NCBI GenBank assembly: GCA_047972265.1
Contig: JBKEAM010000046.1
Location: 1,009-65,008, forward strand
Length of the DNA: 64,000 bases
Reading direction: 5' to 3'
From: Oscillospiraceae bacterium
Lineage (GTDB): Bacteria; Bacillota; Clostridia; Oscillospirales; Ruminococcaceae
The notes below the pieces were generated by a model. It was not told the origin of the DNA, did not search any database, and saw nothing but the letters and a program-made list of their open reading frames with translations. This document shows, one piece after another, positions 55,720-64,000 of this stretch. The first letter of the stretch is position 1, and each line of letters opens with the position of its first letter. A program made the translations under genes and the position numbers.

Positions 55720-56841
55720 TTATGGCTGGGTATAGCGGGCTATTGTTTGCTGCATCTTTTGCCAGCTTTCTTCCATATCATGCACCAGCTTAAATTGAGT
55801 GCGGGTGCGTACCAAATTGTGGTCTGGCCGGGCAATTTTAAAATAGGTATCGCCCAAAAGATAATCGGTTAAAAAGCGCATTCCGCACTCCAGTGTCATC
55901 AGTTTGGCGCCCCAGGGCAGCAGTTCCTTTTCCAGCGGAGAAAGATAGGGGGCCAGCACCTCAAGGTAACCTTTGGTATAAGCCTCAAAATAAGGCAGGC
56001 TAAAAGAAACATGCCCCAAATCCCGCTCATCTTCCGATGCACTGTGCGCGCCGGAGCGGATGGAATCGCCATAGTCGTGCAGCAGCAGCCCGGGCATTAC
56101 TGTATCTAAATCAATAATGCAAACACCCTCGCCGCTGGTTTCGTCTAGTAAAACGTTGTTTAGCTTGGTATCGTTATGGGTTACGCGCAAAGAAAGCCTG
56201 CCTGCGCTTAAATGGTTTGCAAGCACAAAGCAATCGGTTTGCCGCTGTAAGGCAAAATCAATCTCACTTTGGCAATTGTGTGCGCGTCCCATAGGGTCTG
56301 CCGCCACGGCGGCCTGCAAATCAGCCAAACGCTTGGGCGTATCATGAAAATGGGGGATGGTTTCCCGCAGGGTTTCGGCCGGGTAATCTTGTAACAGCAG
56401 GCTGAAGCGGGCAAAGGCCCGGGCAGCCTGATACAGTACATTGGCATTGGGGGCAACCTGATAGCAAACGGTGTTTTGAATAAAATAATAGCACCGCCAT
56501 GCGCCGCCATCGGCTGTGGTGTAAAAAGGGCTGCCATTTTGCGCGGGGATAACGGTAAGCGCCTCCCGCTGGGGGCTGCCGCCCGTTTGGCTTATGGATT
56601 GCTGCAAATGCCGGGTAACCCCAACAATATTGCCCATTAAAGAAACGACATCGGGGAAAACATGGGTGTTGATGCGCTGCAAAATAAACGGGCGGGTTTG
56701 CCCGTTTGGCAAAACTATATCTACAAGGTAGGTTTCGTTAATGTGCCCCTTGCCATAAAGCTGCGCTTGTGCCACGCGGCCGCCAAAGGGAAAAGCGCCC
56801 AGCGCCTCGTGTAAGGCGGCGTCCGCAACAGGCAGGGTCAT
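55720..56841 (-). CDS. APH-fold anomeric sugar kinase (N-acetylhexosamine 1-kinase NahK / AmgK-like)
   Basis: LYGKGHINETYLV...ILQRINTHVF N-terminus; catalytic segment THNDTKLNNVLLD...IDLDTV. ATGA overlap with the upstream gene; GGAGGA RBS. Confidence 0.65.
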   Translation of the reverse strand: MTLPVADAALHEALGAFPFGGRVAQAQLYGKGHINETYLVDIVLPNGQTRPFILQRINTHVFPDVVSLMGNIVGVTRHLQQSISQTGGSPQREALTVIPAQNGSPFYTTADGGAWRCYYFIQNTVCYQVAPNANVLYQAARAFARFSLLLQDYPAETLRETIPHFHDTPKRLADLQAAVAADPMGRAHNCQSEIDFALQRQTDCFVLANHLSAGRLSLRVTHNDTKLNNVLLDETSGEGVCIIDLDTVMPGLLLHDYGDSIRSGAHSASEDERDLGHVSFSLPYFEAYTKGYLEVLAPYLSPLEKELLPWGAKLMTLECGMRFLTDYLLGDTYFKIARPDHNLVRTRTQFKLVHDMEESWQKMQQTIARYTQP

Positions 56842-57770
56842 CCCATGTTCCTCCACAAGGGGGTGGGGTACAGCCCCTGCTGGTGCAGGGCAGAGATAGA
56901 AGCAACCACCTCGGGTTTATCCTCTTTATAGGTTACGCCGTGCCACCTGTCTTTGCTGGAAAGCACGCTTACATCTGCCTTGCCGGCTTTAATAAGCTGA
57001 TCTACCGAGAAGGGAAGAAGATATTCGCACTTCATGGGGTTTTTGGACAGGTTCTCGGTTAAAAAGGCAGCAAAACCAGCCTCGGCGGCAGCTATAAAGT
57101 TTTCGTCAAAGCCCCAAAAATTCATCGAAACCAATGTGTTGCCGGGGATGTCTGTCCAAGTAGCACCGTCATCCTCGGTAAAGCGCGCGCCATTTTCGGT
57201 TTTTTCTATTTTGGTGCGCTCTACAATGGCGGTAAGATAACCCGCATCGTTTGCTTGGCACACGCCGCGCGCCACACTGCCCTTATCGGTAACGGTGTTT
57301 TGCAGGTGGTAGCCCACCATTGCGTAATGGCTTTTACCGTCTTGGGGTTTTTCTGCCGTTAAAAACTTGTAAATGGTATCAAAAGCGGCGGGGCCATAAT
57401 AATCGTCGGCGTTAATTACGGCAAAGGGGCCCGTTACAATGTCTTTAATGCTCATTACGGCGTGGGTGGTTCCCCATGGTTTTTCGCGCCCTTCGGGAAC
57501 CGAAAACCCGGCAGGCAGTTGGTTTAATTTTTGAAAAGCATATTCTACCTCAATGCTTTCGGATACACGGTTGCCAATCGCTTCGCGAAAAGACTGCTCC
57601 AGCTCTTCTTTTATAATAAAAACAACTTTTTTAAATCCCGCGCGCACTGCGTCAAAAATAGAATAATCAATAATCAGTTCGCCCTCGGGGCCTACTGGGT
57701 CAATTTGCTTTAAGCCGCCGTAACGGCTGCCCATACCGGCTGCTAAAACCACCAATACTGGTTTTTCCAT
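56838..57770 (-). CDS. Sugar-1-phosphate nucleotidyltransferase (NTP_transferase fold)
   Basis: VLVVLAAGMGSRYGGLKQ P-loop-like motif. ATG at 57770 after GGAGG; the ORF-track start at 57995 lies inside galE. Confidence 0.7.
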   Translation of the reverse strand: MEKPVLVVLAAGMGSRYGGLKQIDPVGPEGELIIDYSIFDAVRAGFKKVVFIIKEELEQSFREAIGNRVSESIEVEYAFQKLNQLPAGFSVPEGREKPWGTTHAVMSIKDIVTGPFAVINADDYYGPAAFDTIYKFLTAEKPQDGKSHYAMVGYHLQNTVTDKGSVARGVCQANDAGYLTAIVERTKIEKTENGARFTEDDGATWTDIPGNTLVSMNFWGFDENFIAAAEAGFAAFLTENLSKNPMKCEYLLPFSVDQLIKAGKADVSVLSSKDRWHGVTYKEDKPEVVASISALHQQGLYPTPLWRNMG

Positions 57771-57804
57771 TTGTAAATACCTCCTGCATTGTATATGCTG
57801 CTGT

Positions 57805-58821
57805 TTATTTTTTATACCCGTTGGGGTTGTTTTTTTGCCAGTTCCAAGAGTCGGCACACATCTGCTGTATGCCGTACTGGGTTTGCCAACCAAGGTCTTT
57901 TTTTGCCTTAGAGGCATCGCCGTACACTTCGGCAATGTCACCGGCGCGGCGCGGCGCAATGGTATAGGGTATGGTTTTGCCGCAGGCTTCTTCAAAGGCT
58001 TTTATTACTTCCAGCACACTGTAGCCCTTGCCGGTACCTAGGTTGTACACAAAATGGCCGGGTTTGCCGCACAGGTGCTCCAGTGCGCTTACGTGGCCGC
58101 GGGCAAGGTCTACCACATGGATGTAATCCCGCACGCCGGTGCCGTCTGGTGTGGGGTAGTCGTTGCCGTATACACTTACTTTTTGCAGGCGGCCTACCGC
58201 TACCTGTGCAATATAGGGGATAAGATTGTTGGGGATGCCGTTGGGGTCCTCGCCAATTAAGCCGGAAGAATGTGCCCCAATGGGGTTAAAGTAACGCAAT
58301 GCCACCCCGCAAAAAGAGGGGTCCGCTACGCAAAGGTCGGATAAAATACCCTCGATAAACAACTTTGTGCGGCCATAGGGGTTGGTGGCCGAAGTGGGAA
58401 AGTCTTCTTGCACCGGCACGCTTGCGGGGTCTCCGTACACAGTGGCCGAGGAGGAGAATACAAAGGTACGCACGCCATGTTTTCTCATTGCATTTAAAAC
58501 CACAAGGGCGCTGTCTAGGTTGTTTTGGTAGTATTCCAGCGGTTTTTCAACGCTTTCTCCCACCGCTTTAAGCGCGGCAAAGTGAATAACTGCGTCAATG
58601 CCGGTTACCTGTGTAAACAGCTTTTCTACCGCCGCAGCGTCACAGGTATCAATATTGATAAAGGCAAGCGGTTTGCCAGTTATTTTTTCTACCCGTGCCA
58701 CCGCTTCTTCGCTGGCGTTTACCAAATTGTCGGCCACCACAACTTCGTGTCCGGCCTCCAGCAACTCTATGCAGGTATGGCTGCCAATATAACCGGCGCC
58801 GCCTGTAACCAAAACTTTCAT
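57805..58821 (-). CDS. galE: UDP-glucose 4-epimerase
   Basis: MKVLVTGGAGYIGSH; YGRTK catalytic motif; 338 aa. Confidence 0.9.
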   Translation of the reverse strand: MKVLVTGGAGYIGSHTCIELLEAGHEVVVADNLVNASEEAVARVEKITGKPLAFINIDTCDAAAVEKLFTQVTGIDAVIHFAALKAVGESVEKPLEYYQNNLDSALVVLNAMRKHGVRTFVFSSSATVYGDPASVPVQEDFPTSATNPYGRTKLFIEGILSDLCVADPSFCGVALRYFNPIGAHSSGLIGEDPNGIPNNLIPYIAQVAVGRLQKVSVYGNDYPTPDGTGVRDYIHVVDLARGHVSALEHLCGKPGHFVYNLGTGKGYSVLEVIKAFEEACGKTIPYTIAPRRAGDIAEVYGDASKAKKDLGWQTQYGIQQMCADSWNWQKNNPNGYKK

Positions 58822-58962
58822 TTCTGTCTCCTCTCCGCAGGCAAAGGGTGCGGGTGCCGCGGTTTATTTTATTGCGGTTTGGCAAAAAAATTGGGGCGCC
58901 CGGCAACAATGGCAAACCGCATACAGCAAACTGCCGGGTTTTACTTTTTATAAAAAAGCTGA

Positions 58963-58979
58963 AATTGCAATATGCAATT
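58963..58979. promoter_or_regulatory. 17-bp palindrome AATTGCA-ATA-TGCAATT in the galE / ROK-like divergent region
   Basis: Perfect 7-bp arms with a 3-bp centre. Confidence 0.3.
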
Positions 58980-59144
58980 ATTAGCATGCCTATTATACCT
59001 TTTCTTGCGTCACAGTGCAAAGAAGAAGTACCAAAACGGGGGCGGATATGATACAGTAAGAAAAGCGCACTCCGCCAAAGGCGGTTTTTGTTTGCACTTT
59101 TGTAAAATGGCGGTGGGTGCCGTCAACGGAAAGGAACCACGTTT

Positions 59145-60515
59145 ATGGAATTTTTGTCTTTATCTTTACCAAACTTTGAAGTGCCCGGCCTGGACCCGCA
59201 ATTTGTACCACTGCCTCTGTTTTTTGCTGCCCATCAAAAAAAGGCCGAGCAGCCCTTTGCCGTTGCCCTGCAAGACGCAGGCGGCAGAACTTCGGTATAC
59301 AAAACAAAGGTGGTTGGCACAGCAGAGCACAGGCAGGCAGATGTTTACTATATAGAGCGTCTTGCAAAATTTATGTTGTGGAGCCGCGGCGGCTGCCGCA
59401 TGCTGCTGTGCGGCAATGCCGAACTGGGGCAGGCGGTTAAAAACAACTATGCCAAGCAGGGTGCCCGTTCCTTTGATTGCGGTTTTATGCAGCGGGTATA
59501 TGGCAAGCCCTTTGAAACCGTGGTGTGCAGTTACGAGGAATGCCCCGCGCCGCAGCAGGCTTCTGTTTCTTTGGGGCGCCATTTAGACGGTTGCCGCATA
59601 GGGTTTGATGCGGGAGGGTCTGACCGCAAGGTAAGCGCAGTGGTAGATGGTAAGCCTGTTTTTTCAGAAGAAGTGGTATGGTTCCCCAAAACAAACTCTA
59701 ACCCCGATTACCATTACGAGGGGATTGTGCAGGCTTTTAAAACGGCGGCTTCTAAAATGCCCCGCGTAGATGCTATTGGCATTAGCTCGGCGGGTGTATA
59801 TGTAGATAACCAGTGTAAGGTTGCCTCTTTGTTTTTAAAAGTAAACGACAAAGACTTTGCCGAAAAGGTAGAGGATATTTACATCCGCGCTGCCAAAGAA
59901 ATTGGGGATGTGCCTGTGGCGGTAGCAAATGATGGAGATGTAACGGCATTGGCAGGCTCGATGGGGCTAAACGATGGCGGGGTGCTTGGCATTGCCATGG
60001 GCACCAGTGAGGCGGTTGGTTATGTGGATACTGAAGGCAACATTACCGGCTGGCTAAACGAGCTGGCCTTTGCCCCCCTGGATGGGCAAACAAATGCCGC
60101 GCGGGACGAATGGAGCGGAGACATTGGCTGTGGGGTAAAATACCTAAGCCAAGATGCCATAATAAAATTGGCCCCTGCTGCGGGGATAACCCTGCCGGGC
60201 AAAACGCCTGCCGAAGATTTGCTTGAAGTGCAAAAATTGATGGAAAAGGACGATGCCAGAGCGGCAGAAATTTATAAAAACATTGGCATTTATTTGGGCC
60301 ATGCCCTTGGGCTTTATAGCCTATTTTACGAGATACGCCATGTTTTAATGCTGGGGCGCGTAACCAGCGGCAAAGGCGGAGACATTGTATTGCAGCAGGC
60401 AACGGATGTTTTAAAGCAAAACTACCCACAGTGCAATTTTTACCCCCAGGCGCCAGATGAAAAAACCCGACGTGTGGGCCAAAGTGTTGCCGCCGCAAGC
60501 CTGCCCCAAATTTAA
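59145..60515 (+). CDS. ROK/PPGK-like ASKHA kinase-fold protein with about 140-aa N-terminal extension, lacking the ROK CxCGxxGC zinc motif
   Basis: IGFDAGGSDRKVS, GISSAGVYVDN, VANDGDVTALAG, GIAMGTSEAVG. No HTH is recognisable in the extension. Confidence 0.6.
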   Translation: MEFLSLSLPNFEVPGLDPQFVPLPLFFAAHQKKAEQPFAVALQDAGGRTSVYKTKVVGTAEHRQADVYYIERLAKFMLWSRGGCRMLLCGNAELGQAVKNNYAKQGARSFDCGFMQRVYGKPFETVVCSYEECPAPQQASVSLGRHLDGCRIGFDAGGSDRKVSAVVDGKPVFSEEVVWFPKTNSNPDYHYEGIVQAFKTAASKMPRVDAIGISSAGVYVDNQCKVASLFLKVNDKDFAEKVEDIYIRAAKEIGDVPVAVANDGDVTALAGSMGLNDGGVLGIAMGTSEAVGYVDTEGNITGWLNELAFAPLDGQTNAARDEWSGDIGCGVKYLSQDAIIKLAPAAGITLPGKTPAEDLLEVQKLMEKDDARAAEIYKNIGIYLGHALGLYSLFYEIRHVLMLGRVTSGKGGDIVLQQATDVLKQNYPQCNFYPQAPDEKTRRVGQSVAAASLPQI

Positions 60516-60575
60516 TAAAGCTGTAATTGGCTAAAGGGTAGTACAACACAAAAATAATTATACATAAACGCAAGC

Positions 60576-60615
60576 AAAAAATTCCGGCCTGCTGTTACAG
60601 CAGCCGGAATTTTTA
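60576..60615. terminator. Bidirectional terminator between the ROK-like and LspA-like genes
   Basis: AAAAATTCCGGC(C)TGCTG-tta-CAGCAGCCGGAATTTTT. Confidence 0.85.
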
Positions 60616-60645
60616 TTTGTAGGTGTTGGCGGTACTGTATAAAGA

Positions 60646-61332
60646 TTACTGGGGCGGGGCATCAGTTAACTTCTTTTTTTGTTTGGCGTCTTTTTCCCAA
60701 TGGTATACAACTATGATAAAGAGACCCATGCCGTACATAATGCAAAGGTCCTTAATATCAAAAGAAACAAGGGAAGCAAACGAGATAAAATCCAGCACAT
60801 ATCCTCTGTAAAAACTTTCGATAATAGACGAAAGCGCCCCAGCCGAAACAAACATAACCGCCCACAAAAAACGCGGGTCTTTTACATCGTATTTTTCTTT
60901 GCGGCAAAGCAGGTAAAGCAGTACCCCAACCACCGCAAAAATAAGCAGCTTTGAAACGGCGTGGAATAGGTTCGATTCAACTACTATATTAAGCAGGTTT
61001 AAAAATACATTGTTGCTGTAATTGGGTGCAAAGTTAATGCTTAGCCAGCCCGGAACAAGGGTAATAACGGTGCCGTTGGCCAAATAATGGAATACAAATT
61101 GTTTTGTAATAAGGTCTGCCGCCAGCAAAAGTATACCAAGGGGAATAAGCATTTTTAACGATGCCCGAACCCGTCCAATAAGGGCAAGCAGGCCCCAAGC
61201 GGTAAGCCACATAAAAACACTGCCAATTACCAAACCCAAAAAAGAAGTTACGGTACGGCTGCCGGGGTTTGGTATAATTACAGCAAGGCAGTATGCAATC
61301 CAGGCAAAGCTAAATACCAGTGAACTGCGCAT
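60646..61332 (-). CDS. Divergent signal peptidase II (LspA, peptidase A8)-like membrane protein with extra N-terminal TM helices
   Basis: AADLITKQ (compare DxxSK), INFAPNYSNNVF (compare N.GAAF), GALSS...RGYVLDFISF and SFDIKDL (compare VVDFI and FN.AD). The start is uncertain, between 61332 and 61548. Confidence 0.45.
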   Translation of the reverse strand: MRSSLVFSFAWIAYCLAVIIPNPGSRTVTSFLGLVIGSVFMWLTAWGLLALIGRVRASLKMLIPLGILLLAADLITKQFVFHYLANGTVITLVPGWLSINFAPNYSNNVFLNLLNIVVESNLFHAVSKLLIFAVVGVLLYLLCRKEKYDVKDPRFLWAVMFVSAGALSSIIESFYRGYVLDFISFASLVSFDIKDLCIMYGMGLFIIVVYHWEKDAKQKKKLTDAPPQ

Positions 61333-61631
61333 GTTTTTGGTTTTTTCCACAGTTACCCTCCATTTGCAAGATACAGGTATTATAAACCAAACCAGCTTAA
61401 AAAGGATAGCCTTGCAGCAAGAGAGTATAGGCGCAACAAAGATACAAGACCGGATATTTAAAGACATATAAGCAAAAAGAATACACGCTGCACAAAATGC
61501 AAAACCCAAACAGCTTTGATTTATTGTTTTGTAAAACTGTAAAACCAACTGTGCTGTATAAATTTTGGCAAAACAAAAAGAGCAAAGAGATATCTCTTTG
61601 CTCTTTTTAAATTTGCCATGGTTGGCAAAAC

Positions 61632-62048
61632 TTATTTAATGATGCTGATGTTGCCAATAAGGGGCAAGGTTTTTGCTTTGCCGTTTGCAGCGTTAAGAAT
61701 GCCAATGATAAGGAATACGAAGAACACAATACCTACCAGGCCCAAAACAGCCGAGAAAATTGCGCCCAAAACCCAGCTAATGGCATAAAAAATGGTGGTA
61801 AGAACGCCATAAACAATACCGTATGCAGCTTCTGCAATAAACAGAACCAGGCCCTGGTTTACGTGGAAGCGGGCAAAACGGGAGTTGGGAGCGGCCAACA
61901 GGGGAATAAGAAAAAGAAAACCAAGGTAAGAAAGAATAGCCATACCTTTGTTTGCGGCAATATCCGCAGGGTCGAACTGACTTGTCTGATCCGGGGTGTT
62001 CATAATGTTTGTAACATTATCTTTGAGATTGTTAGGATCGTTTTGCAT
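61632..62048 (-). CDS. DUF4870-like small membrane protein
   Basis: ILSYLGFLFLIPLLAAPNSRFARFHVNQGLVLFI motif. ATG at 62048, 9 nt after GAGGAG. Confidence 0.6.
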   Translation of the reverse strand: MQNDPNNLKDNVTNIMNTPDQTSQFDPADIAANKGMAILSYLGFLFLIPLLAAPNSRFARFHVNQGLVLFIAEAAYGIVYGVLTTIFYAISWVLGAIFSAVLGLVGIVFFVFLIIGILNAANGKAKTLPLIGNISIIK

Positions 62049-62373
62049 AATAAGCATCTCCTCTTTTTTTGTATACAGCCCGCATACCGTGCCCCTTGTA
62101 TGGTGAAGACTGTCATAAACAATTGTGGCTATGCAAAAAAGACATGACCTTTGTTTAAGTAAGGTGAATAGTATACAATTACAGTCTAAAATGCAAGTAT
62201 TTTTTGATTTTGTTGTAAAAAACGATAGTAAATAAAATTTACCCTGCTGTTGCTTTGTGCAATAAAATAAGAAAATGTAATGCTGCTTGACAAAATATAT
62301 TATACAAAATATAATATAGAAAAGCAACACATACTATCAAAACATTTACATAAACTTGAAGGGAGAGAGCAAC

Positions 62374-62691
62374 GTGACATTTACAACCGGAGCTGCATTG
62401 CTGGACGCGCTGGTACTTAGCGTTGTAAGCAACGAAGACAGCTATGGATATAAAATTACGCAGGAGGTTAGGGAGGCCGTGGACGTTAGCGAAAGCACCC
62501 TGTACCCTGTATTGCGCCGCCTGCAAAAAGATGGCTGCTTAGATACGTACGACCAAGAATTTGCCGGGCGTAACCGCCGGTACTACCGCCTTACGGTACA
62601 GGGTATACAAAAACTGGCCGAAAGCCGCAAAGAATGGAAAAGCTACAGAAAAAGCATAGAAACCGTATTGTACGGAGGAGATAAACAATGA
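62374..62691 (+). CDS. PadR-family transcriptional regulator
   Basis: DSYGYKITQEV...STLYPVLRRLQKDGCL...RRYYRLT. GTG start after AGGGAGAG. Confidence 0.8.
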   Translation: MTFTTGAALLDALVLSVVSNEDSYGYKITQEVREAVDVSESTLYPVLRRLQKDGCLDTYDQEFAGRNRRYYRLTVQGIQKLAESRKEWKSYRKSIETVLYGGDKQ

Positions 62692-63668
62692 ATAAAAACG
62701 AATTTTTGCAGCAGTTGGCAGAAGAACTGAGAGCCCTGCCCCAGGATGAAAGGGATGCGGCGGTACAGTATTTTGCCATGTATTTTGAGGATGCAGGCCC
62801 CGAGCGCGAAGAAGAGGTTTTGCGTGGGCTTGGCAGCCCGGCCGCGGTAGCGGCAGGCATTTTGGCCGAGGCACAGGCCGATAATGGGTCTTTTAAAAGC
62901 ACAAGCGGAGAAAACAAAAAAATATTTGTGCCGGATAAAGACAAGCTGCGCCGGGTGCAAATTTCTTCTCGGGACGGTAAGGTATATGTAAAAAGGGCCG
63001 CAGTACCCAGCATTTTTGTAGAGGGATTTGGGGCGCCGGTAGATTCTAATTTTGATGAAGCCACCGGCACATGGAAACTGGATATACGCAGTACCCCCAT
63101 TACAGAGCGGCTTTCTTCTTTATTGCGCCATTTAAATGTAATGGAAAAACCCGAAAAAGGGCCGGTATATACCATATGCCTGCCCGACGGGCTGGAAGAA
63201 CTAGCGATTAAAGCCGGTATGGGCAGCATTGTGGTAGAAGAACTTGCCGCCAACGATGTAAACCTGCGTGCCGAAATGGGCAGCCTTGTGGCACAAAAGA
63301 TACATGCAAAAACCGGCAGCTTTAGCGCCGAAATGGGCAGCATGAAAATTGAACAATTTGACGGCGAAACCTGCACCCTAACAGCAGGGGTTGGCGTAGT
63401 ACGTTTTAATGGGCAGGTGGCCGATACATTGCATGTAGATTGCAGCATGGGCCGCGTGCAGGCCAATCTTCCGCGCCCCCAAAATTATAATTGGACAGCG
63501 CAAGGCGGCAGCGGCAGCATTAGTGTAGACGGCAAGTGGATTGCAGGGGTGTTTGGTGTACAGGGAGAGGCCCCGCAGGCAAAACCCAATTTTGACCTAA
63601 AATGCGGTATGGGCAGCATAGCCGTTACCTTTGATGAGCAAACACAAGAAGAAGCCACGCAAGCCTAA
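62688..63668 (+). CDS. DUF1700-like N-terminal domain fused to a DUF4097-like beta-helix repeat domain (PadR partner)
   Basis: MNKNEFLQQLAEELRALPQDERDAAVQYFAMYFEDAG, then repeated ...MGS(I/L/M/V)... strands (GMGSIVV, EMGSLVA, EMGSMKI, SMGRVQA, GMGSIAV). ATGA overlap with padR. Confidence 0.6.
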   Translation: MNKNEFLQQLAEELRALPQDERDAAVQYFAMYFEDAGPEREEEVLRGLGSPAAVAAGILAEAQADNGSFKSTSGENKKIFVPDKDKLRRVQISSRDGKVYVKRAAVPSIFVEGFGAPVDSNFDEATGTWKLDIRSTPITERLSSLLRHLNVMEKPEKGPVYTICLPDGLEELAIKAGMGSIVVEELAANDVNLRAEMGSLVAQKIHAKTGSFSAEMGSMKIEQFDGETCTLTAGVGVVRFNGQVADTLHVDCSMGRVQANLPRPQNYNWTAQGGSGSISVDGKWIAGVFGVQGEAPQAKPNFDLKCGMGSIAVTFDEQTQEEATQA

Positions 63669-63767
63669 CAATGGTTTGCAAAGCAACTTGATGGATGCCC
63701 TTGTTTAGGCAACAAAGTTATCCACAGCAGCCCAGCGCTGTTTTATATAAATGCCATGTACGGCAAG

Positions 63768-63805
63768 AAAAAAGACAGGGAGAAAGCTCTCTGTCTTTTT
63801 GTTTT
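63768..63805. terminator. Bidirectional terminator between the DUF1700 gene and pncB
   Basis: AAAGACAGGGAG-aaag-CTCTCTGTCTTT followed by TTGTTTT. Confidence 0.75.
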
Positions 63806-63826
63806 GCGTTATTCAATTGTAAAAGG

Positions 63827-64000
63827 TTAGTGCCCTGCTTCATTTAGCAGGCGTTGGCGTTCATCCCACAAATTTTGAGAAAAGTCTACATAATAGCGGT
63901 GGGGGTTTTCAAAACGGGTAACCTCATCCCACAGGGTATCCATTTGTTCTGCGCGGTGCTGTCGCACCTCCTCTAAGGTGGGCAGGTTGTAAACCAGCTT
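63827..64000 (-). CDS. pncB: Nicotinate phosphoribosyltransferase, C-terminal 57 codons (5' part beyond the window)
   Basis: My own translation of the minus strand gives KLVYNLPTLEEVRQHRAEQMDTLWDEVTRFENPHRYYVDFSQNLWDERQRLLNEAGH*. The ...NPH.Y.VD.S..LW... tail is typical of NAPRTase. It is too short to appear in the ORF track. Confidence 0.55.
   Translation of the reverse strand, partial: KLVYNLPTLEEVRQHRAEQMDTLWDEVTRFENPHRYYVDFSQNLWDERQRLLNEAGH

Noticed and set aside
1-64000. Window-wide look for CRISPR arrays, IS elements or transposases, prophage genes, rRNA, toxin-antitoxin pairs, reverse transcriptases and known riboswitch/T-box leaders.
   Set aside because: None was recognised. Intergenic regions are explained by promoters, operators and terminators, apart from the few structured leaders listed as findings. 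A covariance-model scan (Rfam/Infernal) would be needed to exclude small ncRNAs.

Overview
64-kb chromosomal segment that looks like a Gram-positive anaerobe, probably a Clostridia-class Firmicute. The taxon is inferred from GGAGG Shine-Dalgarno sites, frequent GTG/TTG starts, stem-loop plus T-run terminators and gene content. I call about 58 protein genes and one tRNA (anticodon CAT). I found no rRNA, CRISPR array, transposase, integrase or phage genes, so this is core-like chromosome rather than a mobile island. In order, the window holds: a 5'-truncated Pmp-repeat surface protein; an Eis-like GNAT, ugd and a TetR regulator; a frameshifted two-component system; an FGGY kinase; rrf2(cymR-like)-cysK; traX; marR-degV; a cyclophilin; a DUF606 pair; a two-subunit class I fumarase; an orphan ATPase; the tRNA; and lemA plus a membrane partner. 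Next comes a 7-gene acid-sugar locus (DUF1537 kinase, BNR propeller, Fe-ADH, DapA-like lyase, PdxA-like dehydrogenase, permease, VOC) with a divergent PrpR-like regulator. It is followed by cca, a LacI-kdgK-eda(VOC fusion)-kinase-HpcH aldolase operon, and a divergent permease with a hydantoinase-like/HExxH/membrane trio. The rest is an M42 peptidase, tmk, argH, ROK glucokinase, secA, DAK2/Asp23, galE-nucleotidyltransferase-anomeric kinase, a ROK-like protein, an LspA-like protein, DUF4870, PadR-DUF1700 and the 3' end of pncB. The items most worth follow-up are: (1) the DUF1537/PdxA-type locus extended by a cytoplasmic FRIP-less BNR propeller, a class I aldolase and an Fe-ADH; (2) its regulator, whose AAA+ module has lost GAFTGA, Walker B and the arginine-finger region, facing a sigma-A-type promoter; (3) an orphan hydantoinase-A-like ATPase operon with an HExxH protein and a 3-TM protein; (4) a kinase/regulator pair carrying four frameshifts, three of them in homopolymer tracts, while all neighbouring genes are intact. 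All functional names come from reading motifs by eye; no database search was possible.
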